DNA of 32,000 nucleotides from Wallemia ichthyophaga EXF-994 (GCF_000400465.1 NW_008806290.1:210001-242000); one strand, 5' to 3'; shown: positions 1 through 11,738, numbered from the stretch's first letter. Translations and numbers: made by a program. The notes: generated by a model not told the origin, from the sequence alone.

Positions 1-3000
1 AGGAAATCTATCTAAATATTGAGCAAGAGGTGTGGTCCATGGGCTACCTATCACCCTTCTAAAACGCTGCTCAGTTTGTACGATTAGATTGGAAAATTGC
101 TCGAGGTAAATATTCGCAGCTGAAGGTAGCAATCTGAACACATTGGCAATAGCCACCATAATTTTTACATCGTGAAGGTCTGCTAAATCACCAGACAATG
201 GGGGTTGGTTCGAAGTCTGAGCTGCGATTACCGACGCTTGTTGCTGCTGTTGAATAGTAGCATTAGGAGGTAAATTTATCTTAGGTGATGGAGCAGCTTT
301 AAGGTCTTTCTCATCAAGCAATGATTTGAAGTGCTCCAAAAGCTTTGTACCAATCTCAACCTTAAAGTAATTGGTTAAGAGTTCCAACAACCTAGCTAAA
401 CCGTCTAAGCCTGCAATATTAATCTTTCGAGTATCACTGAGATTGATCAAGATTGGTTTGAGAGCAGTTTGAAGCAGTTCCTTGGGAACTTTACCAGACT
501 GTACGAGAACCTGCTTGATTCCATCATGAGCAACACCGTGTAATTCTGAGCTACGTGCGTATAAACTTTTAAAGTAAACACTAATAATGCGCATACGAGC
601 TTGGTTTGCAGATCGGAATATGTCACTCGTAGACGTAGCCGCCGTGAGTAACCTGACACAGGCTACTCGCAAATCTGCCAATGCTAATTGAACAATGTGA
701 GATGGGCGTTGACCGATAATAGCGACATCTTCTGCATCGCTGATACCCAAGACTTCATGCACAAATCTTGTCAAGTCTTCGCTGATTTCTAATACGCCGG
801 ATGATTGTGAATTAGGTGGTGCAGCTGATTCTGGATTGTCGATCTTCTCCTTGTCTGATTTCTCCTTCTCATCAGGTTGAGGTGTGTTATGCGCTGACAC
901 TTGAGGTCTTAATTGTAAGCAGTAGGTAACAGCATCGATGCGCGCAGTCTGCATGGGAACAGGTAGCGCTCTCAGTGGTTTATGATAAATAGCGCTGCTG
1001 AGGACGCTTTTACCAGGTGCCAGTAAATCTTTTATAGCCATACCAGTTTTCTCTGACAACTGCGACAAGGTATTTTGAGTATTCTTGCGCACGATATCCT
1101 TGGGTGATGTCAGGTCAGCTATCAAAATACTAATGAGATGATTGAATTGATATCTAACGCTATCATAACCTTGACCTGATGTTGAACTGAGTGAAGGTGA
1201 TTCTATGGGCCTATTACCACTATTGAAAGGATTGGCTGTGCTTGCTGCCGGTGTCGATGGGCGTGAAGCATCCATAAATTCCAAAGCACTATCGTGGGTG
1301 ATACTCTGAGGACCGTTACAGATATCAATCAATCTATTTTTAATTGTTTAGCAAAATTCTCAGAACATAGGTTGACCCACTTTCTAATAAAATCGATGAC
1401 TAGGTCCACTTCAACAGGAGTTTCAAGTGGCATATCTTTGAGAATATACACTGCAGCTCTGTAAAATTCAATTTGATGAGAAGAGATCCATTTTTCGCCT
1501 AGATTGACATCATCACTAATCATGAGAGTCATGCCTTTCAAACCGGCAAGTTTGTAACGCCAGAGCTGATCATGACAGAGTGAAGAAAACCGCGATGACA
1601 ATTGATTAAAGATAAATCCCTTCATATCCTCATCGACACCAGCGACCAATTCGACAATTTGATTCACGGAGAAGAGTACTAAATCGTAGCTCAATTTCTC
1701 GTCGCGTGATACTGCAGTTGTGAGACAATTAGCAATACAATCAAGGGTGACACCACCAAGACGTGAAAGAGACACAATGCCATCATTCCAATTGAGATAA
1801 ACAAACTGAATCTCCCTCTTCATCACGAAAACTACTAGCTCCTTGACAAAGTCTAAAGATAGTGACGATAAGCTAGTTGTGGTGGCAGCGTTGATGAGTG
1901 TATCCAAGATCTCCCGGTAAGAATTTTCCTGAACTAAACCATTAACGCCATTCAGCAAAAGCGGGGCTAGAGAATGTTTCAAAATTGATATAGCTCTTTC
2001 ATCGTCCGCCGATCTATTGTAAACTTTGTCGACCGATATTGAAAGCGCACATTCGATCGACGTATTCTCTATAGCTTTAATGGCCAACCTTACGAATGAA
2101 ATCAAATTAAGCTTTTTCAAGCTCTCCTTCTCATGATAAGCGACGTTAATCGAAAGTGGTTGATCGACGACTTTGGCATCGACTGTTGCAGGTTTATTAA
2201 TAGCTTTACGATTTCTTCCGCCGAGTTTACCAAGTATCCTCACAGCGGTGTGTGCTAACTTGTGATTATGTGGCACTGGTTTGAGTAGCTTATAAATCCC
2301 CATTTGAATCTGTCGAATGTAGGGCGTGAGTATTGGGTCTACGTAAAGAGGGTTCAAGGTCTCGACGCATATCTCCACCAATCGCAGCGCTTGTTCTAAT
2401 ATTTCGACATTCTCGGATTCTAATGCCATGCAAAGTGGACGAGTGAGCGAGCTTAAGAATGGTAAAACCACTTGGAACCTCATAGGTAGTATCAAAAATA
2501 ATTGTATAATAATCTCTCTGTTCGGTCTGTCAGATTCATCTAGTAAGTTTGTCAGACCGTCGATATAGGATTGAAGCAGCGATTGAATTTCCATGTAAAA
2601 CTTCTCATAACGGCCACCACCTATAGCTTGGCTTAGAATCTTCAACAGTATCAAATAGTTGTAAGGATTCTTTGATTTGTGAGCTAAGCGTATAGACTTG
2701 AGCATAATAGTGCCAGTGCATCCAGCAAAGAGATAGTCGTTCGGTGGCGTAATTGAACTCATTATGTGTTTAAACAGCTTGTGGAAGAGTGTAATACGTT
2801 CATGATCATCAGTGGAGAAAACCTGTAAATTTTCTATGAAAAACTTGATCAATATGCTCAGGAAAATCTGTGACTGAGGCTCGTGGTTTAGGAAAACGTT
2901 GATGGCATTGAAAAGTGGTGGATGCTCAAGTATTTCATCAATTAAGTAGGGTACCATTTTCTGCATCACATCTTGAAACACGAGCGCTTCAACCCTGAGC

Positions 3001-4934
3001 AATGCAGTAAAAAAGTTCTCCAGATTCTCTGCACCTTCCTTATCTCCCTTTCTGTCGTAAAGTCCAAATGATTGTACGGATGCTTTGAAAAATTCGCAAA
3101 GTGCTTCGCTGCTTGGACCTGCTGAACCCTGTGCATTCAAGTTGCCTTTTGGACCAGTGGCAGACGAGACTGGTAGATGCTTGAAGGCAGTAATAGCGGC
3201 TATGGAAGCTTGTAAAGTGAATCTGAATGTAATTCTTGCATCCCGTACTTTCTCTGATGATGGCTCTTGGACATTTATCAGTGCGCCGACAGGTTTAGAC
3301 TGCTCGACTTGAATTTCATCAATTTCATTGGCTTGGTTGAACTTTTCATCGTAGCCGTTCTTATCATCTTTTGTATCCTTCTCGTCACCATCAACCTCCA
3401 TAGTATTATCGGTATTGTTTTCCTTTACACCTCTTCTTGGACCAGGCACAAGTCTCATCTGAACGAGATCATCTTTAAACAACTTGATGCTTTTGAGTTT
3501 ACTGATGAGAGCGTGAACAATCATATGCAGCATTTCATTAGGATTCCCATCAGATTCGTGGACATTATTAGCCGTAACAATACGATCAATAAGGGCGACA
3601 ATCTTCTTGATGGAGATGGAATGAGCGTGTGGTGGCAGCGTTGGATCGAGCATGTTGACTAAGGCTTTATTGAGAGTTTGACGAATCTGATCAAAAGATA
3701 AATCTCCCCGAACAGTACCAAAGACATCAGCGAGCAAACCCATACCCAACACTCTTAGAGTCTCTCTAGTCATGATACCCTCGCCAACAATAACTTTGTC
3801 ATCAAGTAGCTCATTAAACACTGACAAGAAGGCAGGTCTGCCAATCTCGTTTATACCTGCAATATGTCTTGTAGCTACGAGGATTTCCTTCCTTGCCGAA
3901 TACAATTCAGTTGGGCAATCTTTCAACAAACGTAAACAAGCCTTGGCGAGTGTTTGAGCGTGTGGGGTGACATAAGAATGCCAAGCTCTGCACACATAAG
4001 CAATGAATGAGACTGTCTTTACTTGAGAAAAGATGAATTCGCAGTATAAATTGCGATTTTTGATGAGAGGTGAGATAGTTGTGTTGTTTTTGCCTTGTTT
4101 AGCAGCTTCCTCGTGCAGCTTACGTTGTGGTCCAGCTTCGAGCTGGAGAATATTTACAGAGAGAGTGACAAAAGTGTCGAGCATGTACTGCGCCAGAGAA
4201 TGCTGGTATGATTGGACTATGCACACGACGGCTATTGGACATTCAGTGATGACTTTGAACGATTTAAAGGCAGGGAGTAGATCACGTTGTTGATTCTGCT
4301 CGCCTTTGTATCTGGTAATGTCGCTGCAGATGCCACTACCGTCGTTAGGGAACACCTCCTCAACAACAGCAGGCATTTGCTCGAGCATACCTTTGAAAAC
4401 TTCCAGAAAGTGCTTACTGGGACCTTCAGCTTCCTTTTTAAACGACCTAACAAGATCGATGATGATCTTAACACAGAGCCAGCCATTGTCTTCGTTGTCG
4501 GTTCGAAGGATATTGAGGAGAACGGAGAAGAGATCGTCGACATTAGCGCTGATGCTAGGAGAAGGGGGAAAGCGATGAATGAGGGTGAGAATGGTGCTAC
4601 GGAATTTATGCTCGTTGGTTGAAGCGTTGAGGGATATTTTTGCCTGCCTCAGGGAACCCAAGAAAGCGGGAAGAAGAGTGGATAGATATCTAGCATAATC
4701 TTGATGCTGAGATATTTGATCGATATTGTCGCGTAACTCCAGTGCGATATTTAGTTTCTCTTTGAGGTCTGCTGGGAGTGATTAGAGGTGGTCGCAGCCA
4801 ATCACAACAATCGACTGACTTATTTCGGCATCTACTAGCCTAGCGGCATAGCTATCGACGTTGAAGTCCTTCACGCCGAGACTGATGCCGACTTTGGAGT
4901 TGGTGGAAGTCGTAGGCGGGGATTCAGCAGCCAT
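1..4934 (-). CDS. TRA1: Tra1/TRRAP PIKK pseudokinase (SAGA/NuA4 subunit), N-terminal part; continues off the left edge. Exons 4934-4820, 4768-1381, 1333-<1
   Basis: ATG at 4934 (MAAESPP...). Introns 4819-4769 (GTCAGT..CAG) and 1380-1334 (GTGGGT..TAG) join the frames into a long HEAT-repeat protein with Tra1-typical segments VKTVSFIAYV, AVRILGKLGGRNR and KPLRALPVPMQTARIDAVTYCL. The last exon is open to position 1. Confidence 0.93.
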
Positions 4935-5068
4935 TATAATAATAAATATACGTAATTATAGCTTGTAATTTTAGCTGTGGCTGGTAAAATTCAACTAAAT
5001 TAATTAATTTCAAGTGGTCGTGGTGTTGGGAGTAGTGCAGAGAGAGTAGATGGCACTCAACAGTGACC

Positions 5069-6300
5069 ATGACACCACACAGCGATTCAATGCTAGCACT
5101 ATCGCCTGGAAGGGGATTAGGAGCATTCAAGCTAGGCGAATCACTCTACTCCACCCTAAACCAACTCCGCTATAACCCAATTCTATCAACTTCATCGATA
5201 ACGGTGCACGGCGATAATGATGCAGTTCGTAGCAATATTCTCATTAGACTCAAACCAAGCACTATCGATTTGTACTTTGATGGCGTAACTCAGCGTCTTT
5301 CTAGCATCACAATAGCACTACCCAGTATCTCGTTCGATATAATCTACAATTCGAAAGTTATTATCCAAAGAAATACCACACTTAGTCGCACAGACGCTGG
5401 TATTCTTTTTGGTCCCTGTAGGACCGATTCCCTCGACCAATGGCCGGGTATGAAGTGGTGTTTCATACACGCGCAGTCATCTAGCTTCACAATCAGCGCA
5501 AATCCAATACCTATTCTAGATGGTATGATTGCGGAGGCACTGATTATACCAAAGAAGAGCGTTCGTTTTACTTTTACAGGTGATGATCAATCGCATCATC
5601 CAATACATATATCACGCTCTACGGCTGCTGACGTCGTTGCTCTACTCGGTTCTCCTCAACAAACATTTGAAAAAAGGGACAACAGATTGGGAGTTTATGC
5701 GACAAAAAATCACAGTTCATCTTCCAAAGGGGTGTTTTACAATTATCCTTCGTTTGGTGTTGATATCCTCCTCAATAGCATCAGTCATACAGTCGAAAAG
5801 ATTATATTGCACTCGAATGTACCGGCTACACCACTATTTCAGGCGTACAATCGATGTATGTGGCGCATTAGTAATGATGATAAGGTGAATGGGAATAAAT
5901 ATGAGAATGGTAATGGCAAACAACGTGGAACTGACAAGCAACGTGACCATGGAAAGCAGCGTGAAAATGACAAACAGATTGAATTCACAGATAAGGTGAG
6001 TTGCTTGTTGATATCCACCACTCATACCAACTGATTCACCCCTCAAGATCGATACAATCTTGTCAAAGCTACACAACCACGCACAAGTGGATAAAATGGT
6101 TTTAGATAGAGCGCATGAAGTGGGGCTGAGAGAGTGGGATGCTAGTATGGGAATGATGGGTAGGTGATATCATGGTATTATTCCGCGTTGGGTGTTGCAT
6201 TCTAATATGTGCCTTAGAGCTCGTTAGTATTGACAGGCTGGGTGTAATAATGGAGGTGACCAGGAAGGGAGACGTCTCGAATGTATGTATACACGATTAG
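5069..6300 (+). CDS. UPF0183 family protein (PHAF1/C16orf70-like), ~373 aa. Exons 5069-5995, 6048-6159, 6218-6300
   Basis: N-terminal LSPGRGLGAFKLGESL, central VFYNYPSFGVDILL..HTVEKIILHSNVP.TPLFQAYNRCMW and C-terminal LGVIMEVTRKGDV resemble UPF0183. Introns 5996-6047 (GTGAGT..AAG) and 6160-6217 (GTAGGT..TAG; an alternative in-frame donor at 6145). Start could be 5069 or 5090. Confidence 0.75.
5918..5977 (+). repeat. Degenerate 18-nt coding tandem repeat (KQRGTD-KQRDHG-KQREND-KQ)
   Basis: AA(A/G)CA(A/G)CGTG recurs at 18-nt spacing three times, followed by AAACAG. Confidence 0.7.
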
Positions 6301-6339
6301 AAAGCATAATAATGTAAAAATACAAGATATGAATGTACA

Positions 6340-7380
6340 TTATGATCTTAGAAGACTGACAAAGTTGTTAAAGTCGAGTGGTTGTAATGAAGACTTATCA
6401 CCCTCCTCATAAGACACTGAAAACTTGAACAATCTACCAAAAGTTGAAGTTATGATGATAGTGTTGATAGATTCCCATGCTAGCACAAAAGATTCTTGGA
6501 AGTTGTTGTAATGGGCGTATTGCTGTGATGAAGATACGAAGGGGGATAAGGAGGAGTGTAAATTAAGTGAAGGGAGATGGAACAAAGACGTTGATCTCGA
6601 TCGAGATCCGTTTGATAGATTCCACAAGTGAAGAGTGGATTTATCGGATATCAACGCAAGATGTCTGTTATCAGGAGAGAAAGATAGTGAAGATGAAGTA
6701 ATGTGAGCGATATCAGAACCTCTGCGCAGCTGGTGCGTGAGTTGGAGAGTGATTGAGTTGTATACTCTAATGATAGTTCCTTTAATTGAGCTAGTGGCGA
6801 ATAAACTGTTATCAGAGGAGATGGAGATGGCTGAAACTCTTGATATGTGAGGTTGGAAGAGAGTAGAAGATTGTAAGTGTGTTTGGTGTAAGTGGTTTAC
6901 GTGCAAATGACCTAATTTCATTCCAGAAGAGATAAACAAGGAATGAAAATTTTGAGTGTTGATCTGGGAAATGGGGTTTGAGTGGGTGGAATGTTTATGG
7001 AGGAGTTGAGAGTGGTAAGAAGGAGACGTAGAGTATAAGTAGACAGATGATTCTAAGGATATAGCGATAAATTGGGTTGAAGTGTCAATAGCAGTGATTG
7101 GCTGATTGAATTCAATAACACCAACGAGAAGTCTCTGTAAGGAATCGAAGAAAATGAGTTTATTAGGGCTATAGGGGTTGCCCGTAGATAATAAGCACTG
7201 AGTGTTATTAAATATAAGTGAGTGATCTCCTATAGAGTCTAATGCTAGTAGCTTGTGTGGTGGATCTAAACCTAGAATTACAAGGTTTCCATTGAAATTT
7301 ACAATGATTACGTCTTTGCAGTAACTTATACAAGTAATATCCACCAATCCGCTCTCCCTAATTAGTTCGTTCTTCTTCAT
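6340..7380 (-). CDS. PROPPIN WD40 beta-propeller (HSV2/ATG18/WIPI family), 346 aa, intronless
   Basis: Contains PH..V.AISIS.D.SLFATSSIKGTIIRVY, the LRRG phosphoinositide-binding motif and SDKSTLHLW. LRRG rather than FRRG leans towards the Hsv2/WIPI3-4 type. Confidence 0.85.
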   Translation of the reverse strand: MKKNELIRESGLVDITCISYCKDVIIVNFNGNLVILGLDPPHKLLALDSIGDHSLIFNNTQCLLSTGNPYSPNKLIFFDSLQRLLVGVIEFNQPITAIDTSTQFIAISLESSVYLYSTSPSYHSQLLHKHSTHSNPISQINTQNFHSLFISSGMKLGHLHVNHLHQTHLQSSTLFQPHISRVSAISISSDNSLFATSSIKGTIIRVYNSITLQLTHQLRRGSDIAHITSSSLSFSPDNRHLALISDKSTLHLWNLSNGSRSRSTSLFHLPSLNLHSSLSPFVSSSQQYAHYNNFQESFVLAWESINTIIITSTFGRLFKFSVSYEEGDKSSLQPLDFNNFVSLLRS

Positions 7381-7910
7381 AACGTTAATGGCTGCTTCAA
7401 GTAAAGACGTTACTGATACAAAGAATGCTGCGAATAGGACTATAATGAGTTATAGGCGGTGTATATTCATCATTATAATAAACTCAATTCTAATTAAATA
7501 CGACGTTATTAGTCTAATCTACTTGGTGTTATCTGTTGTGTTTTCAATTATGATGATACTCAGGAAGCTGGAATTGGATAATATGTCAGATTTATATAGG
7601 GTACCAAATAATTTGGTACTTATTGCTTCAGTGGTGGCCTTGGTGGTTGAGATCCTTTTACTGGTGAACATAAACTTGTAGACAGTATCCTGTGTAGACT
7701 GTGTATCCTTATATCCTTTTATATCCTGTAGACTCCTTGTAGGTGTAATATACCCGTTGAAACACCCGCTAACATATCAAGAAATCCTTGTTTATACCAT
7801 TTTATATGGTTATTATTGATACATTTGTTACTTTCGATACATTTGATATTCCAATATTCCCTTTGGATCTTTAGATTTCCCGCCTTCCTCCCAACCATCC
7901 CTCACACCAA

Positions 7911-8372
7911 ATGAACGCAGCCAAATTCACCAAAAATCTAACAAGCTCGTTGAATGCAGGCAACGCCATATCCTACAACAAATCTACAACGAAATCAATC
8001 ATAAATGTCCACAGCACAAGGAACAACACTATCATAACACTAACCAACAACCTCAATCAACCGCTAACTTGGATTTCTTCGGGCTCAATTGGTTTCAAAT
8101 CTGCCCAAAAAGCTGGTTATGAAGCTGGTTACCAGTCCACAATAGCTCTATTCAACAAGATCAATGACTCTTCCATCGATTCTTCACTCCACCAATCCAA
8201 GTTTGGTCCCCTTGAGCTGCATTTTAGAGGTTTTGGCCAAGGACGATCGGCTAGCTGGGCAGCACTCTTATCACAGGAAGGTGAAGCTTTTAAGCAGCGT
8301 CTGAGCTTGGTCAAGGATAAGACTAACTTGGTCAGAGGCGGTACAAGACCTAAGAAGCAGAGAAGATTGTAA
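7911..8372 (+). CDS. MRPS11: Mitochondrial ribosomal protein uS11m, 153 aa
   Basis: INVHSTRNNTIITLT, SSGSIGFK.AQK.GYEAG, FRGFGQGR and C-terminal GGTRPKKQRRL are S11 signatures; basic N-terminal presequence-like segment. Confidence 0.92.
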   Translation: MNAAKFTKNLTSSLNAGNAISYNKSTTKSIINVHSTRNNTIITLTNNLNQPLTWISSGSIGFKSAQKAGYEAGYQSTIALFNKINDSSIDSSLHQSKFGPLELHFRGFGQGRSASWAALLSQEGEAFKQRLSLVKDKTNLVRGGTRPKKQRRL

Positions 8373-8413
8373 TTTAGACATTTCATTTCCTCATTTCTAT
8401 CCTGTCAACCGTC

Positions 8414-11350
8414 ATGCCCCGGCTGTTTATCATACTTTCCTTCTGTCTCGTAGCATGTACGCTAGCTGTGTCTTCCTGGAGTGATTCCCGCGCGATCCCA
8501 AAAACTACTCAATACGCTTTGGAGTTGGCTGATGGCCACGCCCCACACGACTCTCTCTTCCAGCAGCTCCAGTCGCGCGATATTCCATACACACTCACGC
8601 AGTCATTCAACTCCCCTGATTTGTTTGTAGGCGCTGCGATACACTTGCAAAACTCGGACCACAGTTATCACCTCCCGTCCCTCGAATCTGTCAAGCATGT
8701 TTACCCAATCAACTCCTTTGACAGCCCAAATGCGTTTACAGAGGTGGTGAATACTGAACAGCGCAACTTGGCAGAGTCTTCCTTTACGCCCTCACTTTAT
8801 CCACTCGTCTCAGGCACTCAGGCACAGCCTTCCTTCTACGCGGTCCAAACACTGTCTCAATCTGTCTTAGACATGTCCGGCCTGGCATACGCCCACGCCC
8901 AAAACCTCACTGGTAGCGGGATCTTCATAGCCTTTGTAGACGACGGCGTCGACTATTCCCACCCGGCACTTGGCGGTTGTTTCGGTGCCGGTTGTCCCAT
9001 CTCCCGCGGCTGGGATCTCGTCGGCGACGCGTACAACACCACCAACAACATCCTCAACCCAGGTCCGCTCCCAATCACGACCTGCAAGTCACACGGCACA
9101 TCTACGCTCGGTTTCGCTGCATCCCAACTGCGCGAGCTCCCCGGCGGTGCACCTAACGCCACGTACGGCATGTACCGCATATTCGGCTGCCACGGCTCCT
9201 CAGGCGACGATGTGCTCGCGATGGGGCTTATTCGCGCGTACGAGGACGGCGCCGACATCATCAACGTCAGTGCCGGTGGCCCAGATGGGTGGACAACGTC
9301 TCTCCCCTCCGTCGTCGCCAGCCGTATAGTGCAGCGCGGCAGACATGTCGTCACTAGCGCCGGCAACTACGGCCAGCAGGGTCTCCTCTACTCTAACTCT
9401 CCCGCTGGCGGTATAGGTGTGACGCCCGTCGCTGCGCTCGACCTGCCCTACGTTCCCGTTCTCAATGCCTCCCTCACCGTCGCTGAACTGCCTGGCGAGC
9501 GCTTCCCATACATCCCCGAAGAGGTGTTCGGAGCAGGCAACGAGACGCGCAGGAGTTATGTCGTTGACGACGCATGTGGGGGCGTAAGCGCCGCCGAAAT
9601 GGGCAGCCTGGACGACCTGGCGCTCATTATCGACAGCTCCACCGATGAGTGTGACCTCTCCACCAAACTCGCCAATTTAAAGGTAGGTTGACGAGCAAGA
9701 GACGAGACTTGATTAACGCGCACTCCTCGCTCACCGCTCCACAGACAGCCAACGCATCGCTGGTGCTCATCACAGACACACACTCCAACCTAACGCAAGC
9801 GCCGCACGTGGGCGGACTCGACACAGCGCTCCTGCGTACATCAGTCGCCTCAGCGATTCCGCATAATGGCACGCTCACGCTGCACTACACGCCGCAGCTG
9901 ACGCACATCCCGCGCGGCGGGCTTGTCGCGCAGTACTCGAGCATGGGGCCGAGTGCCGATGGCTATGGGAAGCCAGCGGTGAGTGCGATAGGCAGCAACA
10001 TCCCCACCCCGGCACCAAACAACAGCTACATGATTCAGAGTGGTACGTCGTTTAGCGCACCCGTCTACGCATCCCTGCTCGCGCTCCTTCTCGAGAAGCA
10101 CGCTATAGATGATGTGCATCTCAGTCCGGAGCAAGCTCGCGCCATCATGCTCAACAGCGCCCAAAGTGTTCGGTTAGCTGTGGATGCAGATGACGGCGAC
10201 GCGTTCACTGTGCTGCAGGGTAATGGACGCACGAGTATCGCTAGAGCACTCGCCGCGTCGGCTTACGCTACACCTGATATAGTCAACCTCAACGATACGT
10301 GGGGTGCGGATAGTACGGGCGCGGGCGCTGGCGAGAAAAGCGCGCAGGTCCAGCTCGTCAATCTCTCACAAAAACGCACGACTTACACCCTCGCTCACCA
10401 CCCCGCCCTCACCGGCTACGTGCTCGAGGAGGGCACTATCCAGCCTAGCACCTATCTGCCTCCGTACTCAAACGACACTGCGACTGTGAAAATGGCGCAC
10501 AGTGTGTCTGTCGAGCCGCTCTCATCGGTAGATGTCGACATTGTTTTCACTCCGCCCCAGTGCTCCGATCATCGTCTGCCTATTTACAGCGGTTTCATCG
10601 AGTTCACAGACGCGCAGGATGTTAATAATACCCTGCACATTAGCTACAATGGTATAGCGGGCAATCTCTCCCAGATGACTATTCTCGATAACACAGACGA
10701 TTTCTTCCAGCAGGGCTTCCCGGTGCCTTTCACGTACAGAAGCAGTGACAGGACCATGTTGAACGATACAAACACGCTCACCTTTTCCTTGGAGGATGAT
10801 GATAGACCGGCACTCGTGTACAGACTCGCTGGCCCATCGCCATATTTGAGGATAGATCTCGTGGGCGCGGACACGGAGCGCAATCGCACAACTAGCAGCA
10901 TCACTATACCCGCACAAGAGAGCAATAACAATAGCAGAAGAACCAGTAGGAGCTTAGCTGATGGCGTGATGGGATGGATGGCTGATCTTCTCGGAGGCAC
11001 GAACATTAACACCAACACTAACACTCACGTTGACTCTGACGTGAAGAACAACAGCAGCACACTCACCATAAACACCCTAGGTATCTTGTACGAAGAGCTG
11101 GGCGTGTCCCGCAATGGCTTCAAGGGGTCCGGTCAGGGATCGTCTTTCTATCGTTACGACATGAACACTTTCGCAGATGGTGCACCCATCCCAACTGGCG
11201 AATACAAGTTCTTGCTCAGAGCGCTCAAAGTACACGGCGATGAACATGATAGTGCGGATTGTGGGTGGTATTGAATTTACGTGGATGCTCTACTTACAGT
11301 TTCACTCTCCAGACGAATCATGGCTGTCTGACGCGTTCAAGGTCATATAG
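8414..11350 (+). CDS. Secreted subtilisin-like serine protease (peptidase S8 with PA-like insert and C-terminal Fn3-like domain), ~940 aa. Exons 8414-9682, 9745-11260, 11313-11350
   Basis: Signal peptide MPRLFIILSFCLVACTLA. Catalytic Asp (FVDDGVDY), His (SHGTS), oxyanion Asn (SAGNYG) and Ser (SGTSFSAP) present. Introns 9683-9744 (GTAGGT..CAG) and 11261-11312 (GTGGGT..CAG) restore the family-typical end DYESWLSDAFKVI*. Confidence 0.9.
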
Positions 11351-11405
11351 ACGGATTATGTACAATATTTTCTCTTTTCTTTTAATTTACATTTATTATC
11401 ACACC

Positions 11406-11738
11406 CTACTGCCCTTCCATATCCTCTTTTTCCGCATTTGCGACTAGATTGTCCATGTCCTGGTCATTGGTGAACCGCGGTCTACTCCCTCTTAAGTTAC
11501 TAGCAGGTCCACTCTGCCCCTTGAGCGCACTGACATCTTCGCCGTTGTCGAGGTCCTCAACCTCACCAGAAGGGTCACCGGTCTGTTCTGAGCTGATTGT
11601 TTTTTCATCCTCAGCTGAGGCATTGACGGCGGTATCCGCTTCTTCATCCCCTTGCACAAATTCGTCGTTCTTGTATTGGTCTTCTCCGTTCACTAAATGT
11701 GTCAGGAATGCTAGCCTTTTTGATAAAAAGAACTCACT
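11406..11738 (-). CDS. Small acidic, likely disordered protein (95 aa); ATG split by an intron (A at 11738, TG at 11692-11691)
   Basis: Intron 11737-11693 has GTGAGT donor, CTGAC branch site and TTTAG acceptor. Splicing gives ...GAA ATG AAC GGA GAA GAC. D/E-rich open frame to TAG at 11406. TATAAAA lies ~40 nt upstream. Confidence 0.7.
   Translation of the reverse strand, partial: SEFFLSKRLAFLTHLVNGEDQYKNDEFVQGDEEADTAVNASAEDEKTISSEQTGDPSGEVEDLDNGEDVSALKGQSGPASNLRGSRPRFTNDQDMDNLVANAEKEDMEGQ

Noticed and set aside
447-659. 70-aa minus ORF and the many short antisense or alternate-frame ORFs in the track (e.g. 3085-3662, 8953-9366, 16097-18328, 21368-22315)
   Set aside because: They overlap well-supported genes in another frame or strand and have no recognisable motifs; they are shadows of biased codon usage. 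447-659 is off-frame within TRA1.
1329-1333. Apparent stop ending Tra1 at 1110 aa
   Set aside because: A 47-nt GT-AG intron (1380-1334) removes it and the Tra1 frame continues to the window edge; this is not a truncation.
9683-9744. Apparent frameshift splitting the subtilase into two ORFs
   Set aside because: Explained by a canonical 62-nt intron; no need for a pseudogene or programmed frameshift.
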